Assembly (NCBI GenBank): GCA_046152935.1
Contig: JBJXGB010000222.1
Coordinates: 1,648-65,647, forward strand
Length of the DNA: 64,000 bases
Reading direction: 5' to 3'
Source: Cytophagales bacterium
GTDB lineage: Bacteria; Bacteroidota; Bacteroidia; Cytophagales; UBA9547
Shown: positions 1-10,111 of the stretch, piece after piece
How positions within the stretch are numbered: position 1 is the stretch's first letter
Layout of the letters: every line of letters starts with the position of its first letter
The notes under the pieces: model-generated
What the model saw: only the letters and a program-made list of their open reading frames with translations
What the model was told of the DNA's origin: nothing
The model's database searches: none
Program-made: the position numbers and the translations under genes

Positions 1-527
1 CTTATCGTTTTTGCAACGTATCTGTTCGCTTCAAACGTACTAGGATTCACTATTTGAGCCTCTATAAGACTGTATTTTAACAGATATTTCGAAAATTTAC
101 TTTTGTTTTCAACTTTAAGTAGCAAAGTGGTGGAATCATTTTGCGCCAGATTGAAGACCACAAACTCTCCGACCCCAGCTTTAACAGGTTTTTCAACCAA
201 AGTATAATCAGTGCCGCAATAAGAAGTGCCTATTACTTTATCATTTGAGATTACGTTTAATGTGATTTTTTCATTGCTATTGCCAAAACCTATCAACCAT
301 CGTATTGATTGCGAGCGGTTTAAGACATTTAGTCTGACAAATATTAAATCTGAGGCATCTTCTACTGCTATTTCATTAGTACACAACGAATCGCTGTAAA
401 TTTTAAGGGCGGGTAAAATGCTGTAAGACTTATTCTGCTTGTTTAGCTCCAAATAGTCTAAAACGCCAGCCTTCAATTGTGCTGAAGAAAAAATCAATGA
501 AACAAAAAATAATAAATATCTAATCAT
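1..527 (-). CDS. hypothetical exported protein, N-terminal part (gene runs off the left edge of the window)
   Basis: Own reverse-strand translation: ATG at 527-525, then MIRYLLFFVSLIFSSAQLKAGVLDYLELNKQNKSY..., open to position 1. The hydrophobic N-terminus looks like a signal peptide. Absent from the supplied track because it has no stop in the window. No family recognised. Confidence 0.4.
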   Translation of the reverse strand, partial: MIRYLLFFVSLIFSSAQLKAGVLDYLELNKQNKSYSILPALKIYSDSLCTNEIAVEDASDLIFVRLNVLNRSQSIRWLIGFGNSNEKITLNVISNDKVIGTSYCGTDYTLVEKPVKAGVGEFVVFNLAQNDSTTLLLKVENKSKFSKYLLKYSLIEAQIVNPSTFEANRYVAKTI

Positions 528-1387
528 TCGTTGGTTGAGCTGCTATAAAGATTGTAAATATGATACCTAAGAATCTCTAATGGTTATTTCAATTGTTTAT
601 ACGCATTTAAATTAAAATTCTAATTGCGAAAGTGAACTATTCTACGAAAACCAAAAAATCACCTCACAAACAGTTTTTCTTCACGCTTGATGTTTAATCC
701 TTAATTTAAAATTCCAAATGATCGCCAACTACGAGTAACAAATGTGGATTTTTTATAGCCGTTCTACGGTAGCGACATCGAACTATTATTTGTAAATTCA
801 TTTGGCAATATTAAATAAATACTAGGCTTTTGAGTTCATCTTCAACTCTCTGCTTTCCGCGAATCAAACTTTATTGTTATGACATTTAAACCTTCGAATC
901 TAAAATATCCACTAAATAAACAATATTAAAAATATTACTACTTTTTTGGAAATACATTAGATATTTTTTTGAAATCTGAATATTTACGCCAAATTCTACA
1001 GATGTTGAAATATCAAAATTAAATATTGATGTAATCACATTGAAGATGTCTTCGAGTATACGATCATTCACAAAAGAAGTTGAAAATATGGATGAGATTC
1101 AATCATATAGCTAAATTAAAGGATGTATTTGACCGACTAATTCTAAAAAAAACAACCAATTCCAGCCGAAGAAAATCGTGCCAAAATCCCTAAAAATTTC
1201 CTTTTCTACAGTTCAATTCCACCCTTGAAGCGCCAATCTATATGGCAAAAATGATTGTGTTTTTAATAAATATTCAAATTGAAATAAGTAATTTATTTGC
1301 ATCCTCAATGCTGGATGAAATTATTAATTAATACAAACTTAACGATTTCTTAAACGCCATTCCCACGCAATTGACTATCATAGCACC

Positions 1388-2869
1388 ATGTTCGCTTCGA
1401 TATCAAGTTTTTACACTTTTTTTTGTACCTTTTTTATTGTCTTGGTTTTTTCAAATTTTTCATTTGGCAATAACCAATCTGTCGCTGATACATTAATTTC
1501 AAAAGCAGATAAATACATTGCCACCGAAAATTATTTAGAAGCACTCGATTATTATCTGAAAGCTACATCCGTACTTGAAACCCGAATACACGACAGCCTC
1601 AGCCTTGCGTACTCATACAAGAAAATAGGCCTTTGCTACGATTACTTCGACTACGTTGCATATTCAAAATCTTACTTTAATAAAGCACTTCAAATTTATG
1701 CAAGTCTTGGAGATAAAAAAGGCCAAGCCTATTGCTATGCCTACCTTGGCGATATGCTTGAAGATGCTGCACAGAACAATGAGGCCTTGGAAACCCATAA
1801 ACGGGCACTAAAATTGTTCTTAGACTTGGGCGATGCTGCTGGAGAGGCCATGCAATACGACAACATGGCTAGTGTGTATGAAAATTACAACAAGTTAGAC
1901 ACGTCATTTATGCTTTTAAGAAAAGCACTAGTCATATATAGTAGATTGCAAGACAGTATCGGCATTTGCGTGTCTTTAAACAACTATGGCGACATCTACT
2001 ACAAACTAAAGAAATACCCTATTTCGCTCAGCTATTTCAAAAGATCGCTTGCCATTGCCCAAAAGATAGGGAATAAAGAAGAAGAAAGAGGGAATTTGAG
2101 AGATATTTCCAGAGTTTATGAAGCACTAGGCGATTATAAAAACTCGTACCTATACTTCGCTGAATATTTCAGCCTGCACAAGAAGTTGAAAATTGAAAAA
2201 AAAATAGAAGAAATTGCTGGAATAGAAGCCAGATCCATCCAAGAAAAAAAGAACTTAGAAATTAAATCATTGGAAGCCGAAAGGGAGATTATTCGCCTCC
2301 AATCAACAATTATCACCATTTGTCTAATCTCATTTTTCCTAATCCTTTTGTCCGTGTACATTGCGTTCTTAGTGAAATCGAAAAAAGACAAACAGCTCGA
2401 CAAACTTCAGAAGGCCAATATGGAATCTGAACTTGTAATGAAGCGAGAAAAATTATTGGATTTTGCAAGAATGCTGGCGGAAAGAGGGGTGATAATCGAT
2501 GATTTAAAACACAAGCTCGAACATGACCAAGGCAATAGTAAAGACAAAAACCCTGATGCTATCCGGTATAGAGCCCTAGAGCAACTTTCCAATGCGAGTA
2601 TCCTCACAGATGAAGATTGGAAAAAATTCAAGAAACAATTTGAAGCTGTTCACGAGGGCTTCTTTTCAAAGATAAAAGACAAATATCCAGACTTTTCTAC
2701 TGGAGATATTAGACTTGCAGCAATATTAAAACTAAAACTCTCCCAAGACGAAATAGCGCACATGATGGGCATATCGCCAGACAGTGTAAAAAAGGCAAAG
2801 TCTAGATTAAAAAAGAAAATATCGATCGATGACGATTTTAAAATAAAGGAATGGATTGATGATTTATGA
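1388..2869 (+). CDS. membrane-anchored TPR-repeat transcriptional regulator with C-terminal LuxR/GerE-like HTH
   Basis: N-terminal hydrophobic anchor (FFCTFFIVLVFSNFSF). Several TPR-like ~40-aa repeats (e.g. AYCYAYLGDMLEDAAQNNEALETHKRAL). Internal TM helix (IITICLISFFLILLSVYIAFLV), then a coiled coil. C-terminal HTH (LSQDEIAHMMGISPDSVKKAKSRLKKKI). Confidence 0.65.
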   Translation: MFASISSFYTFFCTFFIVLVFSNFSFGNNQSVADTLISKADKYIATENYLEALDYYLKATSVLETRIHDSLSLAYSYKKIGLCYDYFDYVAYSKSYFNKALQIYASLGDKKGQAYCYAYLGDMLEDAAQNNEALETHKRALKLFLDLGDAAGEAMQYDNMASVYENYNKLDTSFMLLRKALVIYSRLQDSIGICVSLNNYGDIYYKLKKYPISLSYFKRSLAIAQKIGNKEEERGNLRDISRVYEALGDYKNSYLYFAEYFSLHKKLKIEKKIEEIAGIEARSIQEKKNLEIKSLEAEREIIRLQSTIITICLISFFLILLSVYIAFLVKSKKDKQLDKLQKANMESELVMKREKLLDFARMLAERGVIIDDLKHKLEHDQGNSKDKNPDAIRYRALEQLSNASILTDEDWKKFKKQFEAVHEGFFSKIKDKYPDFSTGDIRLAAILKLKLSQDEIAHMMGISPDSVKKAKSRLKKKISIDDDFKIKEWIDDL

Positions 2870-2898
2870 ACCCATTTTTCACCTTCACGACAAATAAT

Positions 2899-2920
2899 GG
2901 GCTTTATCCGCACCAAGCCC
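2899..2920 (+). terminator. weak candidate rho-independent terminator after the TPR/LuxR gene
   Basis: GGGCTT-10 nt loop-AAGCCC hairpin 30 nt after the stop, followed by AATATTTTAT. The stem is short and the T-run is interrupted. Confidence 0.3.
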
Positions 2921-3015
2921 AATATTTTATCACAACTATTTTTGTAAATTAAATTTGTTTATCTACCTTCGCACTCCCATTTTCGGATCATAGTATTTAT
3001 ACATAATTATTAGTA

Positions 3016-3441
3016 ATGCCAACCATACAACAGCTCGTTAGAAACGGCAGAGAAAAGCTGATTTATAAGTCAAAATCTCCTGCATTAGCGTCTTGCCCTG
3101 AGAAAAGAGGGGTATGTACCAGAGTGTACACTACAACACCAAAAAAACCAAACTCAGCTATGCGTAAAGTAGCAAGGGTAAGGCTTACCAACCAAAAAGA
3201 AGTGAATGCCTATATTCCAGGTGAAGGTCACAACTTGCAAGAACACTCAATCGTGTTGATCCGTGGTGGTAGGGTAAAAGATTTGCCAGGGGTTCGTTAC
3301 CACATTATTCGTGGTGCATTAGATACTGCTGGTGTAAGCAATAGAAAACAAAGCCGTTCAAAATACGGTGCAAAAACACCTAAAGCAGGTGCTCCAGCTA
3401 CTGGAAAAGGAGGTGCAAAAGCTCCAGCTAAGAAAAAGTAA
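3016..3441 (+). CDS. rpsL: 30S ribosomal protein S12
   Basis: [12 protein letters not shown]...[18 protein letters not shown]...GVRYHIIRG is canonical S12. Carries an extra K/A/P-rich C-terminal tail. Confidence 0.97.
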   Translation: MPTIQQLVRNGREKLIYKSKSPALASCPEKRGVCTRVYTTTPKKPNSAMRKVARVRLTNQKEVNAYIPGEGHNLQEHSIVLIRGGRVKDLPGVRYHIIRGALDTAGVSNRKQSRSKYGAKTPKAGAPATGKGGAKAPAKKK

Positions 3442-3480
3442 AAATTTAACAATCAATTAATAATCAATTCTTAATTTTAA

Positions 3481-3948
3481 ATGAGGAAGTCGAAACCGGA
3501 AAAAAGATATGTATTACCGGACCCCAAGTACGGACAAGTGCTTGTTACAAAATTTGTAAACAGCCTAATGTGGGACGGTAAGAAGAGTATTGCATACACT
3601 ATATTTTATGATGCAATCGATCTGGTAGCCAAAAAGACAAACGAAGATGGTTTGGAAATTTGGAAAAAAGCGTTGGCGAACATTACGCCTGCAGTCGAAG
3701 TTAAATCTAGACGCGTAGGTGGTTCAAATTTCCAAGTGCCAACTGAAGTAAGGCCAGAAAGAAAACAGTCATTAGGTATCAAGTGGATGATATTGTATGC
3801 TAGAAAAAGAGGAGAGAAATCAATGACGGACAAACTAGCAGGCGAAATTGTAGCAGCTTCTAAAGGTGAAGGTGCTGCAGTGAAGAAGAAGGAAGATACA
3901 CACAGAATGGCTGAAGCAAACAAAGCATTTTCTCATTTCAAATTCTAA
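3481..3948 (+). CDS. rpsG: 30S ribosomal protein S7
   Basis: Canonical S7 sequence ([16 protein letters not shown]; ...[13 protein letters not shown]). Position after rpsL. Confidence 0.97.
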   Translation: MRKSKPEKRYVLPDPKYGQVLVTKFVNSLMWDGKKSIAYTIFYDAIDLVAKKTNEDGLEIWKKALANITPAVEVKSRRVGGSNFQVPTEVRPERKQSLGIKWMILYARKRGEKSMTDKLAGEIVAASKGEGAAVKKKEDTHRMAEANKAFSHFKF

Positions 3949-3951
3949 AAA

Positions 3952-6087
3952 ATGTCAAATCTTAAGTATTTGCGTAATATTGGTATCATGGCTCACATCG
4001 ATGCAGGTAAAACTACCACATCGGAGCGTATTCTTTATTATTCAGGTAAAACTCATAAAATTGGTGAAGTGCACGAAGGTGCTGCTACTATGGATTGGAT
4101 GGTGCAAGAACAAGAACGTGGTATCACTATCACTTCTGCCGCTACCCATTTTCAATGGAATTATCCAACAGAACAAGGTGATCCAATTGCTGGAAAAACT
4201 GAAGTTTACGAATTTAATCTAATCGATACACCAGGTCACGTTGATTTTACAGTAGAAGTAGAGCGTTCTTTAAGGGTATTAGATGGTGCGGTTGCTTTGT
4301 TTTCAGCTGTTGATGGTGTTGAGCCTCAATCTGAAACAGTATGGCGCCAAGCTACTAAATACCATGTTCCTCGCTTGTGCTTTGTAAATAAAATGGATCG
4401 TTCTGGTGCAGATTATTTCGATTGCGTAAAACAAATCAAAGAAAAATTAGGTGCAAAACCTGTGCCTCTTCAAATTCCAATCGGAAATGAAGACAAATTC
4501 AAAGGCGTTGTTGATTTATTGACAATGAAAGGTTACATCTGGAACGAAACCGATCAAGGTAGAACGTATGATGTAATTGAAATCCCAGCTGATTTAGTAG
4601 ATGAAGCTAACGAATGGAGACAATTTTTAGTTGAGTCTATTGCAGAATATGATGACGCTTTGTTGGAGAAATTCTTTGATGACCCAAATTCTATCACCCG
4701 TGATGAATTGATGGTTGCCATCAGAAAAGCTACCATTGATATGACGATTTCACCAGTAATGTGTGGATCGGCTTTCAAAAATAAAGGTGTTCAAATGATG
4801 TTGGATGCCGTTATCGCTTACCTTCCTTGCCCACTTGATTTGCCACCAGTAATGGGAACAAATCCTGAAACAGGTGAAGAAGAAGTACGTGAACCAAAAC
4901 CAGATGCTCCTTTTGCAGCTTTGGCATTTAAGATAGCAACTGATCCTTATGTTGGTCGTTTGGCTTTCATCCGTGTTTACTCAGGTAAACTGGAAGGAGG
5001 TTCTTATGTACACAACATGAGAACAGATAAAAAAGAGCGTATTTCACGTTTGTTGCAAATGCACGCTAACAAACAAAATCCAATCGAAAGAGTAGAAGCA
5101 GGAGATATTGCGGCTGCTGTTGGTTTTAAAGACATCAAAACTGGAGATACGTTGGTTGATGAAAAACAGCCAATTATTCTTGAGTCAATGTCGTTTCCTG
5201 AACCAGTTATTGGTTTGGCAATTGAGCCTAAAAAATCGGTTGATATCGATAAATTAAGCAATGCCATTGTAAAATTATTGGAAGAAGATCCAACCCTTAA
5301 AGTTGAAACTAACCAAGAAACTGGTCAAACTATTTTGAGAGGTATGGGTGAGCTTCACTTGGAAATCATTATTGATAGAATGAGACGCGAATTTGGTGTT
5401 GAAATCAATCAAGGTGCACCTCAAGTATCTTACAAAGAGCGCTTTACTAAAAAACTAGAACACAGAGAGGTTTACAAAAAACAATCAGGTGGTAGAGGTA
5501 AATTTGCCGATATCGTGTTTGAAATGAGCCCTCGTGATGATGATAAGAAAGAAGGATTGCAATTTGTGAATGAAGTAGTGGGTGGAGCTATCCCTCGTGA
5601 ATTTATTCCTGCAGTTCAAAAAGGTTTTGAAGAATGTTTGAAAAATGGTTCTTTGGCTGGATATCCAGTAGAAGGATTCAAAATCAGATTGTTCCACGGA
5701 TCTTACCATGATGTCGATTCAGATTCATTGTCTTTTGAATTGGCTGCTAAAGTTGGTTTCAGAGAAGCTGGTAAAAACTGCGGTCCACAATTGCTTGAGC
5801 CTATCATGGCTTTGGAAGTTGCTACTCCAGATGAATATACTGGTCCTGTAACAGGTGATTTGAACAGAAGAAGAGGTATTATGAAAGGTATGGATTCTAA
5901 GCCAGGCTTTACTATTATCAAAGGTGATGTACCACTTTCGGAATTGTTCGGATATGTAACAGATTTAAGAACAATTACTTCAGGTCGTGCATCTGCATCG
6001 TTGACATTCTCGCATTACGATCCAATTCCGGGAAATATTGCTGAGGGTATTGTAGCGAAAGCAAAAGCAGCCCATTCTAATTCATAA
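3952..6087 (+). CDS. fusA: translation elongation factor G
   Basis: G-domain motifs [21 protein letters not shown]. Full-length 711-aa EF-G in str-operon position. Confidence 0.97.
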   Translation: MSNLKYLRNIGIMAHIDAGKTTTSERILYYSGKTHKIGEVHEGAATMDWMVQEQERGITITSAATHFQWNYPTEQGDPIAGKTEVYEFNLIDTPGHVDFTVEVERSLRVLDGAVALFSAVDGVEPQSETVWRQATKYHVPRLCFVNKMDRSGADYFDCVKQIKEKLGAKPVPLQIPIGNEDKFKGVVDLLTMKGYIWNETDQGRTYDVIEIPADLVDEANEWRQFLVESIAEYDDALLEKFFDDPNSITRDELMVAIRKATIDMTISPVMCGSAFKNKGVQMMLDAVIAYLPCPLDLPPVMGTNPETGEEEVREPKPDAPFAALAFKIATDPYVGRLAFIRVYSGKLEGGSYVHNMRTDKKERISRLLQMHANKQNPIERVEAGDIAAAVGFKDIKTGDTLVDEKQPIILESMSFPEPVIGLAIEPKKSVDIDKLSNAIVKLLEEDPTLKVETNQETGQTILRGMGELHLEIIIDRMRREFGVEINQGAPQVSYKERFTKKLEHREVYKKQSGGRGKFADIVFEMSPRDDDKKEGLQFVNEVVGGAIPREFIPAVQKGFEECLKNGSLAGYPVEGFKIRLFHGSYHDVDSDSLSFELAAKVGFREAGKNCGPQLLEPIMALEVATPDEYTGPVTGDLNRRRGIMKGMDSKPGFTIIKGDVPLSELFGYVTDLRTITSGRASASLTFSHYDPIPGNIAEGIVAKAKAAHSNS

Positions 6088-6114
6088 TATTGATCTCATA
6101 AAAATTCATTTGTA

Positions 6115-6420
6115 ATGAACCAAAAAATAAGAATAAAATTAAAATCGTTCGATCATTCATTGGTCGACAAATCTTCTGAGAAGATTGTACGTGCTGTAAA
6201 AGCTACAGGTGCAATTGTGAGTGGACCAATTCCGCTTCCAACTGAAAAACAAATATTTACAGTATTGAAATCACCTCACGTTAACAAAACGGCTCGTGAT
6301 CAGTATCAAATCTGTACCTACAAAAGATTAGTAGATATTTATTCTACTAGCCCAAAAACAGTAGATGCACTGATGAAACTTGAATTGCCAAGTGGAGTAG
6401 ATGTTGAGATCAAAGTTTAA
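6115..6420 (+). CDS. rpsJ: 30S ribosomal protein S10
   Basis: [14 protein letters not shown]...SGPIPLPT...SPHVNK is canonical S10, 101 aa. Confidence 0.97.
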   Translation: MNQKIRIKLKSFDHSLVDKSSEKIVRAVKATGAIVSGPIPLPTEKQIFTVLKSPHVNKTARDQYQICTYKRLVDIYSTSPKTVDALMKLELPSGVDVEIKV

Positions 6421-6440
6421 TGATCTGGATAAAAATTATA

Positions 6441-6474
6441 AAAAAGGTTGCTAAGAAATTGGCAACCTTTTTTA
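6441..6474. terminator. bidirectional-looking rho-independent terminator downstream of rpsJ
   Basis: AAAAAGGTTGC-10 nt loop-GCAACCTTTTTT. An 11-bp stem flanked by an A-run on the left and a T-run on the right, 21 nt after the rpsJ stop. Confidence 0.55.
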
Positions 6475-6707
6475 CTTATGATACGACATGTAGAAAAGAA
6501 TCAACAAACTTTACATTTTTGCTTGGTAGTATTAAATCAATAGGTCTCTAAATGTATTCAATACATCCTAAAGATGAATTGAATACATCCTACTGCTATT
6601 TTCGACCATTATATCATATCCCAAAAATAAAAGATAGGAAGGAGCCAAAATTCTTCCGATGTATCGACAGGCGAACGAAATTATATCTGACGAAAAAACT
6701 TAGCAGG

Positions 6708-8135
6708 TTAATGTGACGCATTTTTCAACTTCATTCTTTTTTGCAACTCTATCATTTGAGCTTTAAATTTCTTATCGGTAACCATCATATCCTCGCAAGT
6801 CTCAATGGAATGAATTACGGTGCTATGATCTCTCCCTCCAAAGTAAAGACCAATCGTTTTTAACGATAAACTAGTGTAGTTTTTAGCTAGATAAATCCCT
6901 ATCTGCCTAGGTATTACAAGCTCCTTTTTTCTAGATTTCCCTTTCAAATCATCAAGCGAGATTTTAGCAAATTCACACACAGATTTCTGAATATAATCGA
7001 TATTCACCTCTGTCGTTATATCACAAACTATTGATTGAATTACCTTTTTGGCCAGTTCCAAGTCAATTTCCTTCCTATTCAGAGAAGATTCTGCAATCAA
7101 ACGAAGTAACACGCCCTCAAGCTCTCTCACGTTTGTATCTACACTATGGGCAATATATTCAATCACGATCATCGACATTTCCATGCCTTCTGCATCCATC
7201 TTTTGTTGAATAATAGCCATCTTTGTCTCAAAATCAGGCTGTTGCATATCTGCATTTAGACCCCATTTAAAACGAGACAAAAGCCTCTCCTCCATTCCTT
7301 TCAACTCCTTTACAGGACAATCGCTTGTCATTATTATTTGCCTCTGCGATTGATGTAAAGTATTAAAAATATTAAAAAAGATTTCCTGGGTTTTTTCCTT
7401 TCCCGAAAAAAACTGAATATCATCAATTATCAACACATCAACATTCAAATAATATGCCCCAAAATCCTGTATACTTCCTGTACGAACGGATTCCATAAAA
7501 TGATTTACAAATTTCTCTGATGTTACATACAAGATTTTCTTATTTGGACTATCCGCAGCAATCTTGTTACCAATAGCTTGAACCAAATGCGTCTTCCCAA
7601 GACCAACCCCTCCATAAACAGTCAATGGATTAAAAGAGGTAATGCCCGGTTTGTTTCCTACGGCCAATCCAGCAGACCGTGCTAAACGATTACAATCACC
7701 TTCTATAAAATTATCAAAAGTATAATTAGGATTTAAGTTCGACCTATACTTAGCGTGCTCATTAATTAGTACATCATGCTGAACTTCGGCTTTATTCAAA
7801 AAATCGTTCTTAAAATTTGCTATCTTCTTGGCAGGAATATTAAAAGACAAAGTACCAGACTTCTCATTTCCTTTGTCAACAATAATTGAATATTCTAGTC
7901 TCCCACCTGGCCCTAATTCAGACAAAATAGCTTTTTTTAGCACATGTACATAATGCTCTTCCAACCATTCATAAAAAAATTGGCTTGGAACTTGTATGGT
8001 TAGTATGTCGTCTTCCAACGACACAACGTGCACTGGCCTAAACCAAGTCTCAAAATTTTTATCTGTAATATGTTGCCTTATTACAGACAGACAGTTGTTC
8101 CATACTGCCGCGCAGTCTCTTACAAGTGTAACCAT
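6708..8135 (-). CDS. dnaA: chromosomal replication initiator protein DnaA
   Basis: AAA+ Walker A GGVGLGKTHL, Walker B VLIIDDIQF, C-terminal DNA-binding region (GGRDHSTVIHS). 475 aa. Confidence 0.95.
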   Translation of the reverse strand: MVTLVRDCAAVWNNCLSVIRQHITDKNFETWFRPVHVVSLEDDILTIQVPSQFFYEWLEEHYVHVLKKAILSELGPGGRLEYSIIVDKGNEKSGTLSFNIPAKKIANFKNDFLNKAEVQHDVLINEHAKYRSNLNPNYTFDNFIEGDCNRLARSAGLAVGNKPGITSFNPLTVYGGVGLGKTHLVQAIGNKIAADSPNKKILYVTSEKFVNHFMESVRTGSIQDFGAYYLNVDVLIIDDIQFFSGKEKTQEIFFNIFNTLHQSQRQIIMTSDCPVKELKGMEERLLSRFKWGLNADMQQPDFETKMAIIQQKMDAEGMEMSMIVIEYIAHSVDTNVRELEGVLLRLIAESSLNRKEIDLELAKKVIQSIVCDITTEVNIDYIQKSVCEFAKISLDDLKGKSRKKELVIPRQIGIYLAKNYTSLSLKTIGLYFGGRDHSTVIHSIETCEDMMVTDKKFKAQMIELQKRMKLKNASH

Positions 8136-8400
8136 GAAAAATGCTTAATTATATTTAGATTTTTTTACTTTCTCTAGTATCAGATTTCAAAACTGCTCAA
8201 AAAATAGTTAAAAAAAAACAACCGATTAGCCTTGTATTATCCGAGTATGGCTGGAGGATGAATTTAGAGGGTAAACACTTTAAAAATCATTGAAAAATAC
8301 AACGTATACTTGGAAAATTTAAACCTCTAGAGAAACATTAAACTTGATGTAAACAATAAAGCGTGATACATAATTAATTGATAATCAACTACATAAAAAG

Positions 8401-8409
8401 TTATCCACA
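8401..8409. promoter_or_regulatory. perfect DnaA-box consensus TTATCCACA upstream of dnaA
   Basis: Exact 9-mer TTATCCACA at 8401-8409. Related AAATCCACA at 8422-8430 and TTATCCGAG at 8237-8245. Lies in the 279-bp AT-rich dnaA upstream region. Confidence 0.35.
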
Positions 8410-8414
8410 CGTTT

Positions 8415-9509
8415 CTAAAAGAAATCCACAAATTGATCGAACAAATACTTTGAGTCATGGGGGCCCGGTGCCGCTTCAGGATGGTACTGCACAGAAAATG
8501 CTCTTCGATCCTTTATTCGTATACCTTCAACAGTCTCGTCATTAAGATTAATGTGGGTAATCTCCACATTTGCATTCTTAATCACCTCCTCCTTCACCAC
8601 CGAAAACCCGTGGTTCTGAGAAGTAATTTCAGACTTCCCAGTCAAAAGATTCTTAACGGGGTGATTCAAACCTCGATGTCCATTATGCATTTTATAGGTA
8701 GAAATGCCATTTGCCATTGCCAGCAGCTGCTGTCCTAAACAAATGCCAAACAAAGGCTGGTTATTTGCCAATATATCTTTGACGGTATTCACGGCATATC
8801 CCATTACAGACGGGTCGCCAGGACCGTTGGAGATAAAATATCCATTAGCTCCCCATTCCAACATGTCGCTGTATGCAGCAAAAGATGGAAAAACCTTACA
8901 GTAACAATCTCTATTTTCAAAATTTGTTAGAATCGACTTCTTTACTCCCAAATCTAAAACGGCAACCTTATACTTAGAGCTTTCATTTCCAAAAAAATAA
9001 TGTGATTTTGTACTCACTTTCGAAGACAATTCCAAACCAGTCATAGTAGGTACAGTAGATAGCTCAGCCGACAAGTCCTCAACGTTCAAATTCACTGACG
9101 ATATTATCCCATTCATTGCACCCTTATCCCGAACATGTCTAACCAATTTTCGAATGTCAATGTCTGCGATCCCTACAATCCCATTGGCATCAAAATAGCC
9201 TTGGAGTGAATTCATAGCAAATCTTCTAGAAAAAACATTTGCAAATGAATTACAAACCAAGCCTTTAAATTGCACAACTGACGATTCTTGTTCCAATTCG
9301 GCAGTACCATAATTCCCAATATGGGGAGAAGTATTAATTATTATTTGTCCAGAATACGATGGATCAGTGTAGATTTCTTGATAGCCAGTCATTCCTGTAT
9401 TAAAGCACATTTCACCATTTGTCGTACCCTTTACACCAATAGACTTACCTTCAAAGACCAACCCATCCTCCAAGACCAGTAGTGCTTTATCCTTCAAAAC
9501 ATATTTCAT
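8415..9509 (-). CDS. carA: carbamoyl-phosphate synthase small (glutamine amidotransferase) subunit
   Basis: Class-I GATase triad context (FGICLGQQLL, HRGLNHPV, QYHPEAAPGPHD). ATG at 9509 (MKYVLKDKALLVLEDG) is preferred over the TTG at 9515 used by the ORF track. Confidence 0.9.
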   Translation of the reverse strand: MKYVLKDKALLVLEDGLVFEGKSIGVKGTTNGEMCFNTGMTGYQEIYTDPSYSGQIIINTSPHIGNYGTAELEQESSVVQFKGLVCNSFANVFSRRFAMNSLQGYFDANGIVGIADIDIRKLVRHVRDKGAMNGIISSVNLNVEDLSAELSTVPTMTGLELSSKVSTKSHYFFGNESSKYKVAVLDLGVKKSILTNFENRDCYCKVFPSFAAYSDMLEWGANGYFISNGPGDPSVMGYAVNTVKDILANNQPLFGICLGQQLLAMANGISTYKMHNGHRGLNHPVKNLLTGKSEITSQNHGFSVVKEEVIKNANVEITHINLNDETVEGIRIKDRRAFSVQYHPEAAPGPHDSKYLFDQFVDFF

Positions 9510-9563
9510 ATTCAATATTCTTTAAATAATTGGTAAAACTAACAATAGTATTTGACTTTGACA

Positions 9564-9597
9564 TAAAAAAAGGACTTGAGCATAAACCCAAATCCTT
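9564..9597 (-). terminator. rho-independent terminator after rplQ (end of the alpha operon)
   Basis: On the - strand: AAGGAUUUG-loop-CAAGUCCUU, a 9-bp stem with one G.U pair, followed by UUUUUUU. Lies 35 nt after the rplQ stop. Confidence 0.55.
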
Positions 9598-9631
9598 ATA
9601 AATAAACCAATGAAAATCACATCATTTGCTT

Positions 9632-10105
9632 TTACTTCGCTTCATCACCTTCTTCTATCTGACCAACAGCATCGGTGGAAGCAGATTTTTTACTCCTTCT
9701 TGTTCTAGTCTTAGGCTCTTTAACTTCAGATTTATTAGAATACAACAAGTTGTAATCGACCAATTCGATAATGCAAGTCTCCGCATTATCACCCAAACGA
9801 TTACCAGTTCTAATGATCCTAGTATAGCCACCAGGTCTATCAGCAACTTTATCAGAAACGTTGTCAAAAAGCTCCTTCACCGAAACCTTATCTTGCAAGT
9901 ACGAAAAAACAACCCGTCTTGAATGGGTAGAATCGTCTTTCGATTTGGAAATCAAAGGCTCTACGTATTTTCTCAACTCCTTAGCTTTGGCTAAAGTAGT
10001 TTCAATTCTTTTGTGCAATATCAAAGATGACGCCATATTAGACAACAAAGCGTGTCTATGTGCTGTGGTTCTTCCTAAATGATTATCTTTCTTACCGTGT
10101 CTCAT
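9632..10105 (-). CDS. rplQ: 50S ribosomal protein L17
   Basis: [29 protein letters not shown] is canonical L17. Last gene of the alpha operon. Has a charged C-terminal extension. Confidence 0.96.
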   Translation of the reverse strand: MRHGKKDNHLGRTTAHRHALLSNMASSLILHKRIETTLAKAKELRKYVEPLISKSKDDSTHSRRVVFSYLQDKVSVKELFDNVSDKVADRPGGYTRIIRTGNRLGDNAETCIIELVDYNLLYSNKSEVKEPKTRTRRSKKSASTDAVGQIEEGDEAK

Positions 10106-10111
10106 TATTTT

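Noticed and set aside
886-1071. 61-aa ORF in the 528-1387 gap.
   Set aside because: Its Ile/Asn/Phe/Ser-rich composition is what AT-rich non-coding DNA yields. It shows no signal peptide, motif or coupling to neighbours.
2950-2957. TAAATTTG, matching the Bacteroidota -7 promoter motif TAnnTTTG, 59 nt upstream of rpsL. A similar TAAATTTG occurs near 30450.
   Set aside because: No TTTG -33 element lies at the expected ~19-21-bp spacing, and the motif is expected by chance in AT-rich DNA. This is not enough to annotate a promoter.
3606-3923. Numerous antisense or overlapping ORFs in the supplied track. Examples: 2134-2922 (three ORFs), 3606-3923, 13137-13418, 14368-14709, 20016-20249, 23553-23966, 26372-26833, 34516-34896, 46468-47037, 57801-58268, 58983-59423.
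   Set aside because: Each lies wholly inside, and mostly opposite to, a gene with strong sequence-family support. Their translations are low-complexity (Ser/Leu/Phe/Ile-rich) shadow frames with no recognisable motifs.
6552-6592. Palindrome ATGTATTCAATACAT (6552-6566) and 11-nt direct repeat AATACATCCTA (6560-6570 and 6582-6592) downstream of dnaA and rpsJ.
   Set aside because: They are very short and AT-rich with no recognisable motif family. They may be a minor operator or chance, and cannot be interpreted from sequence alone.
6637-6644. Shared 8-mer GGAAGGAG at both putative inversion junctions (6637-6644 and 24224-24231).
   Set aside because: An 8-mer match between ~300- and ~400-bp regions is expected by chance. 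The copies are also in direct rather than inverted orientation, so they could not mediate the inversion.
8136-8414. Calling the dnaA upstream region oriC.
   Set aside because: It has only one perfect DnaA box plus weak variants and no clear repeated AT-rich 13-mer-like unwinding element. The convergent orientation of the flanking ribosomal operons also argues against an origin here.
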